DNA from: an uncultured Alphaproteobacteria bacterium
GTDB taxonomy: Bacteria > Pseudomonadota > Alphaproteobacteria > Rhizobiales > Methyloligellaceae
Length of the DNA: 64,000 bases
NCBI GenBank assembly: GCA_963710245.1
Contig: CAVPZK010000020.1
Location: 21,193-85,192 of the forward strand
Reading direction: 5' to 3'
Part shown: positions 10,491 through 21,342 of the stretch, piece by piece
How positions within the stretch are numbered: position 1 is the first letter of the stretch
Layout: the number at the start of each line of letters is the position of its first letter
Notes under the pieces: model-generated
Database searches by the model: none
Seen by the model: the letters and a program-made list of their open reading frames with translations, nothing else
Told to the model about the DNA's origin: nothing
Translations under genes and position numbers: made by a program

Positions 10491-11996
10491 CTAGCTCGTC
10501 GGCACGGCGACGAATCGGAGCTCGCCCTTGGCGTCCGACAGCAGGAGCAGGACTGATTTCCGGCCCGACTTCTTGACTGCCAGCAGCCGCGTCTTCACGT
10601 CCTGCGGCTGCTTCACCTTTTCCTGTGTCACCTCGACGATCACCTCGCCGGGTTTCACGTCTTTCTGCGCGGCGGGGCTGTTGGGCTGCACCTCGGTGAT
10701 GATCACGCCCTCGACCGATTTGCCGATATTGAAACGCTCGCGCAACTCCTCGGTCAGCGGCGCGATCGACAGGCCGAGCAGATCCTCGCGCTCGGGCTCC
10801 GGCGTCACCTCTTCCTCGCCCTCGCCAGTCACCGAGTCCTGAATTTCCTCATCCTCCGGCAACCGGCCGACAGTTACCGTTAGGTCGACGGCTTGGCCCT
10901 TGCGCATCAGCTCAACCGGGACGCTCTTGCCAATGGCCGTGGCGGCGACCGCGCGCGGCAGGCTGCGCATATTGTCGATGGCTTGGCCGTCGAATTTCAG
11001 GATTACGTCGCTCGGCTGAATGCCCGCGGTAGCGGCCGGGCTGTCGGGCGAGACCTTGGCGACGAGCGCGCCCTTCGGCTCCTGTAGCCCCAGGCTCACG
11101 GCAATCTCGTCGGTGACGTTCTGCACATGCACGCCGAGCCAACCGCGTCGCGTCTCGCCATATTGCTTGAGCTGGTCGATGACCTGGACAGCGCTATTGG
11201 ATGGCACGGCGAAGCCGATACCGATCGAGCCGCCGGTCGGCGAGATGATGGCCGTGTTCACGCCGATCACCTGGCCGTCCATGTTGAACAACGGGCCACC
11301 CGAATTGCCGCGATTGATGGCGGCGTCGGTTTGCAGGAAGTCGTCGTAAGGCCCCGCGTTGATGTCGCGCTTGGTGGCGGAGATGATGCCGACAGTGACG
11401 CTGCCACCGAGGCCGAACGGATTGCCGATCGCCATCACCCAATCGCCGACGCGCATCTTTGAAGAGTCGCCGAAGGTGATGGCCTTGAGCGGCTTCTTCG
11501 GCTCCACTTTCAAGAGCGCGAGGTCGGTCTTGGGATCGTGGCCGAGGATCTTCACCACCTTCAGCTTGCTGCCGTCGGTGAAGTTGATGATGATCTCGTC
11601 GGCGCCCTCGATCACGTGATTGTTGGTGACTACCAGGCCTGACGGGTCGATGACGAAGCCCGAGCCGAGCGAGCTCACTTTGCGCGGCAGGCCGTCCTTG
11701 TCCTCGTCGTCGAAGAAATCGTCGAAGAACTCTTCGAAAGGCGAGCCCTTTGGGCCGGGGCCGCTGGGCGTGTTCTCGGCCGAGCCCTTGAGCGTCTGAG
11801 TGGTGGAGATGTTGACGACGGCATCCTGCAAGCCTTCGGCAACGTCGGCGACGGAGTCGGGGCCGCGCGCGAGGCTTTCGGTGACGACCAGCGGGGCGCC
11901 GGCAACGAGCAGCCCGACGCAAGCCGCCATGAAACAGAAGCGCCGAAGGCTTACGGATTGGACGCCGCGCTGTGGCATCGATCGAAACTCCCGCAT
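10491..11996 (-). CDS. degP: Do/DegQ (HtrA) family periplasmic serine protease with two PDZ domains
   Basis: SLGSGFVID, VTNNHVI, QTDAAINRGNSGGPL, N-terminal signal segment. The start may be a later ATG. Confidence 0.92.
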   Translation of the reverse strand: MREFRSMPQRGVQSVSLRRFCFMAACVGLLVAGAPLVVTESLARGPDSVADVAEGLQDAVVNISTTQTLKGSAENTPSGPGPKGSPFEEFFDDFFDDEDKDGLPRKVSSLGSGFVIDPSGLVVTNNHVIEGADEIIINFTDGSKLKVVKILGHDPKTDLALLKVEPKKPLKAITFGDSSKMRVGDWVMAIGNPFGLGGSVTVGIISATKRDINAGPYDDFLQTDAAINRGNSGGPLFNMDGQVIGVNTAIISPTGGSIGIGFAVPSNSAVQVIDQLKQYGETRRGWLGVHVQNVTDEIAVSLGLQEPKGALVAKVSPDSPAATAGIQPSDVILKFDGQAIDNMRSLPRAVAATAIGKSVPVELMRKGQAVDLTVTVGRLPEDEEIQDSVTGEGEEEVTPEPEREDLLGLSIAPLTEELRERFNIGKSVEGVIITEVQPNSPAAQKDVKPGEVIVEVTQEKVKQPQDVKTRLLAVKKSGRKSVLLLLSDAKGELRFVAVPTS

Positions 11997-12080
11997 CGCT
12001 TGCCGATCACTCCTCGATTGCCGCCATCTTAGCGGAAATCAGTAAGGGTTGAGCAGATTCCGTCGTGCTGTCGAATCGGC

Positions 12081-12266
12081 CTAGCCGCGCACGATCCAGA
12101 TCACCAGCACGCCGGCGGCGACGGCAAGCGTGCCGGCCAGGCGCAGGGTCTGCTCAGGCATGTCCGCGGTCGCTTCCAGCAACTTGCGGCCGAAGCGGGG
12201 CGAGAGCGCCCAGAGCGACCCTTCGATGACAAGGACGAGGCCCAAAGCGACGGCAAGATCGCTCAT
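12081..12266 (-). CDS. DUF2065 family small membrane protein
   Basis: MSDLAVALGLVLVIEG..., 61 aa, in the usual position after hflC. Confidence 0.85.
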   Translation of the reverse strand: MSDLAVALGLVLVIEGSLWALSPRFGRKLLEATADMPEQTLRLAGTLAVAAGVLVIWIVRG

Positions 12267-12308
12267 TGCGCAAGCGGCATCTCGGGCTTCGCGTGCGGCA
12301 TCTCGATC

Positions 12309-13355
12309 TTAGGGGGCCTGCGGGGCCGGAGATGGAGCTTCGCCGGCCGAGATGTCGCGCTCGATCGAGGCGGCATCGCCTGCGGCCGCGCCCTGCTGGG
12401 GCGTCGCGCCATCCGTGTCGGCCGCCGGAGCGTCAGGCGTCTCGGCAGGCTTGGACGGGGGCGACGGCGAGGTGCCTCCCGCCCCGGGCTTGCCGCCGGC
12501 GCTATTGAAATATTGGAAGAACTGCGAATCCGGGCTCAGCAGAAGCCGGGTATCGCCCGGCTTGAGCGCCCCCTCATAAGCCTGCATCGAGCGGTAGAAG
12601 GCGAAGAAGTCCGGATCCTGGCCGAAGGCCTCGGCAAAGATGCGGTTCTTCTCGGCATCGCCATTGCCCCGGATGCGCGAAGATTCGCCGGTCGCGTCGG
12701 CCTTGATCACGGTAACCTCGCGATCGGCGGTGCCGCGGATACGGCGCGAGGCACCCTCGCCCTCGGCGCGGAACTCGGCCGCTTGCCGCTGCCGCTCGGT
12801 CTGCATGCGGCGGTAGATCGCCTGCATGTTCGCTTCCGGCAGGTCAACGCGCTTGATGCGCACGTCAACGACATTGATTCCAAAGGGTCCTGCTTCCTTG
12901 TTGACCTGACTGAGGATGGTGCGCATCAGCTCCTCGCGCTTGTCGCGCACCACGGTCGCAAAGCTCGCGGCACCGAGGACGCGCCTGAGCGAGGACTCAA
13001 GAAGGGCCCCTAGCCGCGAGTTGGCACCCTGCTCATTGGCTACGCTCTGGAAGAAGAGCAATGGATTGACGATCTTGTAACGCGCGAAGGCATCGACCAC
13101 GAGCCGCTTCTGGTCGGAGGCGATCACCTCTTGCGAAGCAGTGTCGATGTCGAGGATTCGCTTATCGAAGAACACGACGTTCTGAATGAACGGGATCTTG
13201 TATTGAAGACCCGGCTCGGTGATGACGCGCTTCGGCCGGCCGAATTCGAGGAGCAGTGCCTGCTGAGTCTGGCTGACGGTAAACAGCGTGAGATAGGCGA
13301 CGAGCGCGGCTATTCCGAGAACGACCAGGCTAAACGTGAGGGCTGTGCGGCTCAT
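12309..13355 (-). CDS. hflC: FtsH protease modulator HflC
   Basis: SPFH domain: EVIASDQKRLVVDAFARYKI, DVRIKRVDLP, FFAFYRSMQAY. Confidence 0.95.
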   Translation of the reverse strand: MSRTALTFSLVVLGIAALVAYLTLFTVSQTQQALLLEFGRPKRVITEPGLQYKIPFIQNVVFFDKRILDIDTASQEVIASDQKRLVVDAFARYKIVNPLLFFQSVANEQGANSRLGALLESSLRRVLGAASFATVVRDKREELMRTILSQVNKEAGPFGINVVDVRIKRVDLPEANMQAIYRRMQTERQRQAAEFRAEGEGASRRIRGTADREVTVIKADATGESSRIRGNGDAEKNRIFAEAFGQDPDFFAFYRSMQAYEGALKPGDTRLLLSPDSQFFQYFNSAGGKPGAGGTSPSPPSKPAETPDAPAADTDGATPQQGAAAGDAASIERDISAGEAPSPAPQAP

Positions 13356-14464
13356 GGCTGGCCCTCCGGGGTGGTGGTTGGCTTCTTCGAAAATTCCGAC
13401 AGCGGCAGGAAGGGCACAACGCCGGGGCCGGTCTTGTCGACAATCACCTTCTCGGTGTCGCCAAGCACCTTCTCCATGGTCTCGATAAAGATACGCTGAC
13501 GGGTGACGTCGGGAGCCTTCTTGTACTGCTCGTAAACGCTGATGAAGCGGTCGGCCTCACCCTTGGCCAAGGCAATCACCTGATCTCGATAGCCTTGCGC
13601 GGCTTGCAGGATGCGTTCGGCCTCGCCTCGCGCCTCGGGGATGATACGGTTGGCATAGGCCTGCGCCTCGTTCTGGAGGCGCTCCTGGTCGGCGCGTGCC
13701 GCCTGCACGTCACGGAAGGCGTCAATGACCTGCGCCGGCGGATCTACTTTTTGCAGCTGCACCTGAGTTATCAATACGCCTGCACCGTAGCTGTCGAGGG
13801 TCTTTTGCATCAGAGCCTGCGCGTCAGCCTCGGTCTTGGCACGCGCCCCGGTGAGGATCGGCTCAATATCGCTTTGGCCGACGATCTCGCGCATGGCGCT
13901 TTCCGCCACGTCCTTCACCGTGACCTCGGGGTTCTGGATGTTGAACAGGAAGTTTGCCGCATTGCTGATCTGCCAGAACACTACGAAATCGACATCGACG
14001 ATGTTCTCGTCGCCGGTCAACATCAGGCTCTCTTCGGGCACGTCGCGGATCGTGTTGGAGGCGTCGCGAACGTCGGAAGAGCCGCGCATGCCGATCTCAA
14101 TGCGATTGATGCGCGTCACTTTGGGCAGCTCCACCTGCTCGATCGGGTAGGGCCAGCGGAAATTCAGACCGGGCGGAAGCTGGCGGACATATTTACCGAA
14201 TCTCAGCACAACGCCGAGCTCGTCGGGATTGACGCGCACGGTGAAGCCGAAAAAGCCGACCGCCGCGATTAGCACCGCGGCGATAAGCACCGCGAACGGG
14301 CCGCTCATGCGGCCGCCCGGCATGGCCTGGCGCAGCCGGTCTTGGCTCCGGCGCAGGATATCTTCGAGGTCGGGCTGCTGGCCGGGGCCAGGCCGCGGGC
14401 CCCAAGGTCCACCACCGCCGCCGCCTTTCCAACCACCGCCGCCGCTCTGATTACTCCAAGGCAT
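13352..14464 (-). CDS. hflK: FtsH protease modulator HflK
   Basis: MPWSNQSGGGG...GPWG, SLMLTGDENIVDVDFVV, VDPPAQVIDAFRDVQAARAD. Confidence 0.96.
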   Translation of the reverse strand: MPWSNQSGGGGWKGGGGGGPWGPRPGPGQQPDLEDILRRSQDRLRQAMPGGRMSGPFAVLIAAVLIAAVGFFGFTVRVNPDELGVVLRFGKYVRQLPPGLNFRWPYPIEQVELPKVTRINRIEIGMRGSSDVRDASNTIRDVPEESLMLTGDENIVDVDFVVFWQISNAANFLFNIQNPEVTVKDVAESAMREIVGQSDIEPILTGARAKTEADAQALMQKTLDSYGAGVLITQVQLQKVDPPAQVIDAFRDVQAARADQERLQNEAQAYANRIIPEARGEAERILQAAQGYRDQVIALAKGEADRFISVYEQYKKAPDVTRQRIFIETMEKVLGDTEKVIVDKTGPGVVPFLPLSEFSKKPTTTPEGQP

Positions 14465-14622
14465 GATGAAGTCAGGTCCTGTTGTCTGGTGAAGGGGGTC
14501 GTACGGGAATCCGCCTTAGGAGGTGCTAGGCAATAAGACTAGCCGCATCAAAATGGCGGTCCTGCGACAAGGTCCGGAGGGTTATAGGCCACTCGCAGGG
14601 GCCGTGCAATGCGAGGTCATGG

Positions 14623-15159
14623 TTAGCTTACCCGGTCCAGGACTACGAAGCTGTAGGCGTGGTCGTCCTTGGGGCCCGCCGCATGCGCCTCGCGGGACAC
14701 CTCGCGCCACTCCTTCATGTCGAGCTCGGGGAACCAGGTGTCGGCGTCGGGAGCGGCATGCACCTCGGTGAGATAGATGCGATCCGTTTGCGGCAAGACC
14801 TCGCGGAACACGTCTTCACCGCCGATGATCATGATCTCGGCGGCGCCCGTCCATTTCGCCGAGGCGCGCGCCGCGGTAAGCCCCTCCTCAAGGCTGTAGG
14901 CCACGACGGCATCGGGCGCGACGAAGCCGCGGTCGCGCGTGAGCACGATATTGAGGCGCCCGTCGAGAACCCGCGGCAGCGATTTGAACGTACGCCGCCC
15001 CATAAGGACGGGTTTGCCCATGGTGAGCTCCCGGAAATAGCGCATGTCGCTGCGCAAGTGCCAAGGCAGGTCCCCGCCCCTGCCGATGGCGCGGTTCTCG
15101 CCCATGGCCACGACCAGAGCGATCATCGGCTCGGCCGGCGCCCGCTGCTTAAGGCTCAC
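14623..15159 (-). CDS. folA: Dihydrofolate reductase
   Basis: [47 protein letters not shown]. Confidence 0.95.
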   Translation of the reverse strand: MSLKQRAPAEPMIALVVAMGENRAIGRGGDLPWHLRSDMRYFRELTMGKPVLMGRRTFKSLPRVLDGRLNIVLTRDRGFVAPDAVVAYSLEEGLTAARASAKWTGAAEIMIIGGEDVFREVLPQTDRIYLTEVHAAPDADTWFPELDMKEWREVSREAHAAGPKDDHAYSFVVLDRVS

Positions 15160-15950
15160 ACTGCCACCTTGGCGCGGATGGCGGGGTGCGGATCGTAGCC
15201 GACGAGCTTGAAGTCCTCATAAGCGAAATCGAACAGCGAGCGGATTTCCGGATTGATCTCCAGGCGTGGCAGCGCGCGCGGGCTCCGCTTCAACTGCTCT
15301 TCGGCTTGGTCGAGATGATTGAGGTAGAGATGCGCGTCGCCGAAGGTGTGCACGAACTCTCCCGGCTCGAAGCCGGTGACGTGCGCCGTCATCAGCGTGA
15401 GCAGCGCGTAAGACGCGATATTGAACGGCACGCCGAGAAAGACGTCGGCCGAGCGCTGATAAAGCTGGCAGGAGAGTCGCCCGTCAGCGACATAGAACTG
15501 GAACAGGCAATGGCACGGCGCGAGCGCCATCTTGTCGAGCTCGCCGACGTTCCAGGCGCTGACGATATAGCGGCGCGAATCCGGATCGCGCTTCAGCCCT
15601 TCGACGACATTGGCGATCTGATCGATATGGCGCCCGTCTGGCGTTGGCCACGACCGCCACTGCCGCCCATAGACAGGCCCGAGATCGCCGTTTCTGTCGG
15701 CCCATTCATCCCAGATTGTCACGCCGTGCTCGTTCAGATAGCGCACGTTGGTCGAACCTTGCAGGAACCAGAGCAGCTCGTGAATGATTGACTTCACATG
15801 CAGCTTCTTGGTGGTGACGAGCGGGAAGCCGTCAGCCAGATCGAAGCGCATCTGATGGCCGAAGACGCTGAGCGTGCCGGTATTGGTGCGGTCGCCCTTC
15901 TTAGCACCGCCGTGCCGCACTTTGCCGAGCAGGTCGAGATATTGGCGCAA
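15156..15950 (-). CDS. thyA: Thymidylate synthase
   Basis: [46 protein letters not shown] start with AGGAGA upstream. Confidence 0.97.
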   Translation of the reverse strand: MRQYLDLLGKVRHGGAKKGDRTNTGTLSVFGHQMRFDLADGFPLVTTKKLHVKSIIHELLWFLQGSTNVRYLNEHGVTIWDEWADRNGDLGPVYGRQWRSWPTPDGRHIDQIANVVEGLKRDPDSRRYIVSAWNVGELDKMALAPCHCLFQFYVADGRLSCQLYQRSADVFLGVPFNIASYALLTLMTAHVTGFEPGEFVHTFGDAHLYLNHLDQAEEQLKRSPRALPRLEINPEIRSLFDFAYEDFKLVGYDPHPAIRAKVAV

Positions 15951-16037
15951 ACGAGGTCTATTCTCCTATGATTGCTCCAGGCGGTTTCGCATGTGAGCCT
16001 CTCCGTCCCCTAATATAGGCGTCCCTAACCCAAGAAG

Positions 16038-16289
16038 GTGCCTTCGATGCGTTTCATTCCCGCATTCCTCGCTGTCAGTCTCGCTCTCGTCATCCCGGCC
16101 GCGGCAGGGTCCGTCAATGTGGAGGACGTTCGCGCCATGGCCTTCGACAAGGGCATCGTAACGATCACGGAGGTCGAGCTGGACGACGGCATCTGGGAGG
16201 TCGAGGGCACTGACGCTAGCGGCCACGAGATCGGAATGAAGGTCGATGCCACAAGCGGCGCCATCGTCAAGCTGAAGCGGGACGACTAG
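16038..16289 (+). CDS. PepSY-domain small secreted protein
   Basis: Signal peptide, then ITEVELDDGIWEVEGTDASGHEIGMKVDATSGAIV. May start at the ATG a few codons in. Confidence 0.8.
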   Translation: MPSMRFIPAFLAVSLALVIPAAAGSVNVEDVRAMAFDKGIVTITEVELDDGIWEVEGTDASGHEIGMKVDATSGAIVKLKRDD

Positions 16290-16403
16290 CCGCCTTCGGC
16301 TCCCCCTCATTTAGCTGACAAGCTTAACATTGCAGGGCTGATTCGCGGTGGGTTATCAACGCATGAACCTTTTTTTCGCCGCCATAGAAGCCTATATTAA
16401 ATC

Positions 16404-16765
16404 CTGTCGGCGCAAGCCGACTATGGCGATAAACAGCCTTCGTAATAAGCCATTCGGACCCGGGGGCGGTACCCGGCGCCTCCACCAGGGATCAGTCGTC
16501 GGAGATCGGATCGCAAGACGATTAGCAGCGAAACCGACTGATCCATGGCGGGGGCGAAACAGGATCGACGAGGGTGTAAAGGTCGTGCTTTCGCCCGGCA
16601 TGGTTCCGCCGTTATCGGGCCAACCATATAGTTGCCAATGACAACTATGCGGAGGCTGCTCTCGCTGCGTAAGCGGCGCGATAGCCTGAAAATGAAGTCC
16701 TAGTTGCTTCGCGGCACTAGGCGCGGTTCGGAGGGCACCGGCCAACAGAAGCCCTCCACTTATTG
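16404..16765 (+). ncRNA. ssrA: Two-piece (circularly permuted) tmRNA
   Basis: The acceptor piece ends ...CCCGGGGGCGGTACCCGGCGCCTCCACCA at 16487. After a 62-nt intervening segment the coding piece starts GGGGGCGAAACAGGATCGAC at 16550 and pairs with CGCCTCC, giving G3:U70. Tag reading frame 16634-16672 = ANDNYAEAALAA*. Outer ends are approximate. Confidence 0.95.
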
Positions 16766-16816
16766 CGGTATGAGTGACTGCCTTTAGCGTCGCGAGGGGG
16801 ATAGGCGGCGGTTTCC

Positions 16817-17359
16817 ATGGCAGAAGACGAAATCAGATACGACCTTCTCACGCAGGATGCCCTGCGCGGCGTGGTGCGCCAGGTCTTGGCGCGCGTGCAG
16901 CGCGACGGGCTGCCGGGCGAGCACCATCTCTATATCGCCTTCGACACCGGCGCCGAGGGCGTCTCGGTCTCGAAGCGGCTCAAGGAGCAATATCCGGAAG
17001 AGATGACCGTCGTGCTGCAATACCAGTTCTGGGACTTGCAGGTGACCAACGAGCGCTTCGAGGTGAAACTCTCCTTCTCGAACGTGCCCGAGCGGCTAGT
17101 CGTGCCATTCAGCGCGGTGAAGGCCTTCTACGATCCTTCCGCCCAGTTCGGGCTGCAATTCGGCAAGCCGGGCGCGGCCAACGACTCGGCGCGTCAACAT
17201 ATGGCTGCCGCCCTTCCCGATCTCGTCGGCGAGCCGGAAGAGCCGCGTGGCGCCGCCGACCTCACCCAGGACGAGGCGGGAGAGGCTCATGCCGCCGAAG
17301 TCGTGATGTCGCGGCCGCCGGCAGAGGTCGTGCATCTCGACCGATTCCGCAAGAAATAG
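16817..17359 (+). CDS. sspB: ClpXP adaptor SspB (alphaproteobacterial type)
   Basis: IRYDLLTQDALRGVVR, HHLYIAFDT, YPEEMTVVLQYQFWDL, C-terminal VVHLDRFRKK; adjacent to ssrA. Confidence 0.93.
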   Translation: MAEDEIRYDLLTQDALRGVVRQVLARVQRDGLPGEHHLYIAFDTGAEGVSVSKRLKEQYPEEMTVVLQYQFWDLQVTNERFEVKLSFSNVPERLVVPFSAVKAFYDPSAQFGLQFGKPGAANDSARQHMAAALPDLVGEPEEPRGAADLTQDEAGEAHAAEVVMSRPPAEVVHLDRFRKK

Positions 17360-17529
17360 GCTCGATATCCTGCCCCGGCTTTAAGCTTCTTTTGCCCAAT
17401 CTTTCATCAGCGGCCTATCCACTCGGTCATTGATCTTGACGGAGACCGGGATTTCGACATGGCATGATTTCTGCCTGAAACTCACGGTTTGCGCTCTAGC
17501 CTCGGACCTTGGGGGTCGCGTTGAACAAG

Positions 17530-19404
17530 ATGGATGCCATCCGACCGTTGCGAGGCGCGAAGGCCCCCGGCGCGCTCGCGCCCGTTGAGGACTACCTCGC
17601 CGAGCTGCATCAGCGCATCTCAAGCGTGACCGGCGGCAAGCCGGCCGACTACATCCCCGAGCTCGGCAAGGTCGATCCCAACCTGTTCGGTATCGCCATC
17701 GCCACGGTCGACGGGCAGATCTACGCCGTCGGCGATACCGAGATCCCCTTCACCATCCAGTCGGTGTCAAAGCCCTTCATGTACGGCTATGCGCTACAGC
17801 ACCATGGCCGCGAGGCGGTGCTGAAACATGTCGGCGTCGAGCCCACCGGCGAAGCCTTCAACTCGATCGTGCTCGACGAGGTCATGAACCGGCCGTTCAA
17901 CCCCATGGTCAATGCCGGCGCCATCGCGGTGGCCGAGCTGATGCGGGGGGCAAGCCAAGAAGAGCGCATCGCCAACATGCTCGCACTGTTCTCGAGCCTC
18001 GCCGGACGAGAGCTTGAGATCGACGAGGCGGTATTCCAGTCGGAGCTGACTACCGGCCACCGCAACCGCGCCATCGCCTACATGATGCTCAATTTCGGAA
18101 TGATTAAGCGCGATCCGAACGAGGTGCTCGACCTCTATTTCCGGCAATGCTCGGTCAACGTCACGGCTCGCGATCTCGCCATCATGGCCGCCACGCTCGC
18201 CAATGATGGGGCGAACCCGCTGACCGGCGCGGCCATACTGGAGACCCAATATGTCCGCGACATGCTGTCGGTGATGAATTCCTGCGGCATGTACGACTAT
18301 GCCGGCGAATGGGCCTATGAGGTCGGCATGCCGGCCAAGAGCGGCGTGTCCGGCTGCATCATCGCCGTGATCCCCGGCCAGATCGGCATCTGTGTCTATT
18401 CCCCGCCGATTGACCAGCAAGGCAACAGCTTGCGCGGCATCCGCGTCTGCCAGGAAATCTCCAAGGAGTTCGAGCTGCACGCCTTCAATAACCGCACCAA
18501 TGTGCGGAGCGTTATCAGGCGCGACTATCTGGCTGACCTGGTGCGCTCGAACCGCCTGCGCACGCCTGAGGAGCGCAAGATCCTGGCGGAGAAGGGCCGC
18601 AAGGTGGCCGTGCTGGAGGCGCAAGGCGCGCTGTTCTTCGGCTCGACCGAGCAGCTGATGCGTCGCCTCGCGCAGCTCGCGACGGATGCGCGCTACGTGA
18701 TCGTCGACTTTAAGCGCGTGCATCTCGCCGACGCCTCGGCCCGCAAGCTGATCGTGCGGGCGGCGCGCGCCATGGCGGGAGGCGAGACCGAGCTCGTGTT
18801 TGCCTCGATGCGCGAAGACGTGCCGTTAGCACCCCTCGCCCGCGCCTTCGCCGAGCCCGAGAATGAGAACCTGGTGCGCATTTTCCGCGACGCCGATGCG
18901 GCGCTCGAATGGTGCGAGGACCAGCTGCTCGCTTACGGCACACAAGGCGCAGCGGGAACGAAATTCGCGCTTTCGGAAATCAATCTGTTCAAGGGATTGA
19001 AGCCCGAAGAATGCCGCCTGCTCGAGTCCATCGTGCAGCCGCTGGTGTTCGAGAAAGGCGACGTCATCATCCGCGAGGGCGCCGAGGCCAACCTCTTCTT
19101 CGTGCTGGCCCGCGGCACGGTCAGTGTCCAGATCAGGGTGCCTGGACAGGGCGACCGCAAAAAGCGCGTCGCTTCGATTGGGCCCGGTTTGAGCTTCGGC
19201 GAGATGGCGCTGCTCGACGGCGGCAAGCGCTCCGCCGATATCGTCGCCGACGACAAGGTGATCTGCTACGGGCTCAGGGTCCAGCAGCTGCACGAACTCA
19301 CTGCCGCGCACCCCAACATCATGATCACCATTCTCGGCAATCTGACGCGCGAATTCTCCGAGCGTCTGCGCCACGCCAATGAGGAAATCGGCGTCCTCGA
19401 ATAG
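17530..19404 (+). CDS. glsA: Glutaminase A fused to STAS and cyclic-nucleotide-binding domains
   Basis: ADYIPELGK, FTIQSVSKPF (SxxK), PFNPMVNAGAI, AKSGVSG; then GALFFGSTE (STAS-like) and FGEMALLDGGKRSADIVA (cNMP). Start lies between 17509 and 17530. Confidence 0.9.
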   Translation: MDAIRPLRGAKAPGALAPVEDYLAELHQRISSVTGGKPADYIPELGKVDPNLFGIAIATVDGQIYAVGDTEIPFTIQSVSKPFMYGYALQHHGREAVLKHVGVEPTGEAFNSIVLDEVMNRPFNPMVNAGAIAVAELMRGASQEERIANMLALFSSLAGRELEIDEAVFQSELTTGHRNRAIAYMMLNFGMIKRDPNEVLDLYFRQCSVNVTARDLAIMAATLANDGANPLTGAAILETQYVRDMLSVMNSCGMYDYAGEWAYEVGMPAKSGVSGCIIAVIPGQIGICVYSPPIDQQGNSLRGIRVCQEISKEFELHAFNNRTNVRSVIRRDYLADLVRSNRLRTPEERKILAEKGRKVAVLEAQGALFFGSTEQLMRRLAQLATDARYVIVDFKRVHLADASARKLIVRAARAMAGGETELVFASMREDVPLAPLARAFAEPENENLVRIFRDADAALEWCEDQLLAYGTQGAAGTKFALSEINLFKGLKPEECRLLESIVQPLVFEKGDVIIREGAEANLFFVLARGTVSVQIRVPGQGDRKKRVASIGPGLSFGEMALLDGGKRSADIVADDKVICYGLRVQQLHELTAAHPNIMITILGNLTREFSERLRHANEEIGVLE

Positions 19405-19406
19405 CG

Positions 19407-21342
19407 CTAGGCCGAGGCAACCGCCTTCTGCGGCCCCATGCGCGGCTCTTTCGACGGCTCCAGCGGCACGTTCAACTCAACATAGAGGCCCGTCGGCCGA
19501 AACTCGACCTTGGTGTCGCCGCCGAGATTGTGGCGCACACCCTTGTCGATCAGCTGCATGCCGAAGCCACCGCCGCGTCGCGTGGGAACTACGTTGAGCG
19601 TGGCCCGCTCCTCCCAGGTGAGGAACAGGCGATTGCCGCGACCGGTCTTCCAGCTGATGGCGAGCTGACCACTATTCTGCGACAGCGCCCCATATTTCAC
19701 CGCATTGGTGGCGAGCTCGTGCAGGGTCATAGCAAGGATCGAGGTGCATTGCGGCGGCAACAGCACGTCGGGTCCCTTGATCATGATTCTTCGGGCCTCC
19801 CTCGCGGCGATAGGGATCCATCTCGCGCTCGACCATGGCTTTCAGGCTCGCGCCCGACCATTGCGATTCGAGCAGGAGATCGTGCGCGCGGTGCAGAGCC
19901 TGGAGGCGCTCGGCCAAGGTCTCCGCCATGGCCTTCGCGGGAGCCGAGGTCGCCTGGCGCAGGCTCGCCTGCACCAAGGACTGCACGATGGCGAGCGCGT
20001 TCTTGACGCGGTGATTGAGCTCGCCCACCAGCATCGACTGGCGTTGCGCCGTGCGCCGCCGCTCGGTCACGTCGCGGAAGATCAGCACGGCGCCGGCGAG
20101 CGAACCGTCGAAACCGACGATCGGCGCGCCGCAATGCTCGACCGGCAATTCCTGCTTGTCGCGGGTGACGAGCAGCGCGCCCGATTCGAGTTGCGTCACC
20201 GCGCGCTCGCGCAACGCCTTCAGCGCCGGGTCGTCGACGGGTTTCCGGGTGCTCTCGTTGATGACGCGGAACACCTCCCAGATGGGCCGGCCGCGGGCTT
20301 CAGGGCCCGACCATCCCGTCATCTGCTCGGCGATCTTGTTGAGCAACAGCACGCTGCCATTCGGGTCGGTGGCGATCACGCCGTCACCGATGCTGGAAAG
20401 CGTCGTGCTCAACCATTCGCGCTGGCCGCGCAGCTCCATCAGCGCCGCGTTGCGGTCGCGATCCGATCGCCGCACGGCGCCGATCGTGGTCCAGGCGAAC
20501 AGACCAAGCACGAGGATGCTCGCCACGGCGAAGATGGCGAGCGTCGCCGCGCTGTCGTAAAGGGCGCGCGTCTCGGCCTGATAGGCGAACCAGCCGATCA
20601 CCAGCGGCAGCACGAGGATGCCGGGCAATAGGCGGCGCAGCATCTCGCCTGCCGGCGACTGCTCGACGATGGCAGCGGCGATGCCATATTCAGGCGAAGC
20701 GGCGAGCAGTCCGAACGCCAGCAGGAAGCCCGCGATCGCGCCATAGAGCGACATCTGGGTGAAGGGGAACGGATAATCATAGGTGGCGACGCCGTAAGCG
20801 TAGCCGGCCAGCACAATCAGGACTTGGGCCAGGATGATCAGCGCCAGGATTTGGCTGAAGGCCGACAGGATGCTGCCCTGCTTGGCGTAAAGCAGCGCCA
20901 TACCGAACAGGATCAGCGAGCCGGTGACGCCGGGTGCCATATGTAGCTTCCCGGCTTGCGCCGCCCCGGCGGCGACGCTATCACCGCGCACCAGCACCTG
21001 ATCGATGCCGAGCGAGAACCCGAACAAGTCCTCGCTGAGGACGGCAAGACCCAGCACGACGAGGGCGAAGCCGATCAGCCGGGCGAGCGGGCGGATCGGC
21101 CTGAAGGTGAGGCAAAACAGGCCGACGGCGGCGGCGATGATACCCACGGCAGCGACCGGGGTCAGGCTCTCCACGCCCGGCAGAGAATTGGAGGGAATCG
21201 TGAGCTGCCACGCGAAGAGGATCACGCCTCCCATCGTGGCCACGACGAGCGCCGCCAGACGCGCCACGAGCAAAGACATTTGCTCGGCGCGCGGTGCAGG
21301 CAGCGCCATTCTCACCGGAACTTCAGCCACTTGCCTCCTCAC
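19407..21342 (-). CDS. Membrane-bound PAS + HWE-type histidine kinase, split by one frameshift near 19790
   Basis: Multiple TM helices, PAS (SSIGDGVIATDPNGSVLLLNKIAEQMTGW), GELNHRVKN; the second ORF has LHELATNAVKYGALS and GGFGMQLI. The start may be a later ATG. Confidence 0.88.

Noticed and set aside
12312-12500. Low-complexity C-terminal tail of HflC
   Set aside because: Variable disordered tails are common; nothing specific to support a function.
16461-16487. tRNA-like T-arm with a CCA end
   Set aside because: Explained as the acceptor piece of the permuted tmRNA; no standalone tRNA cloverleaf.
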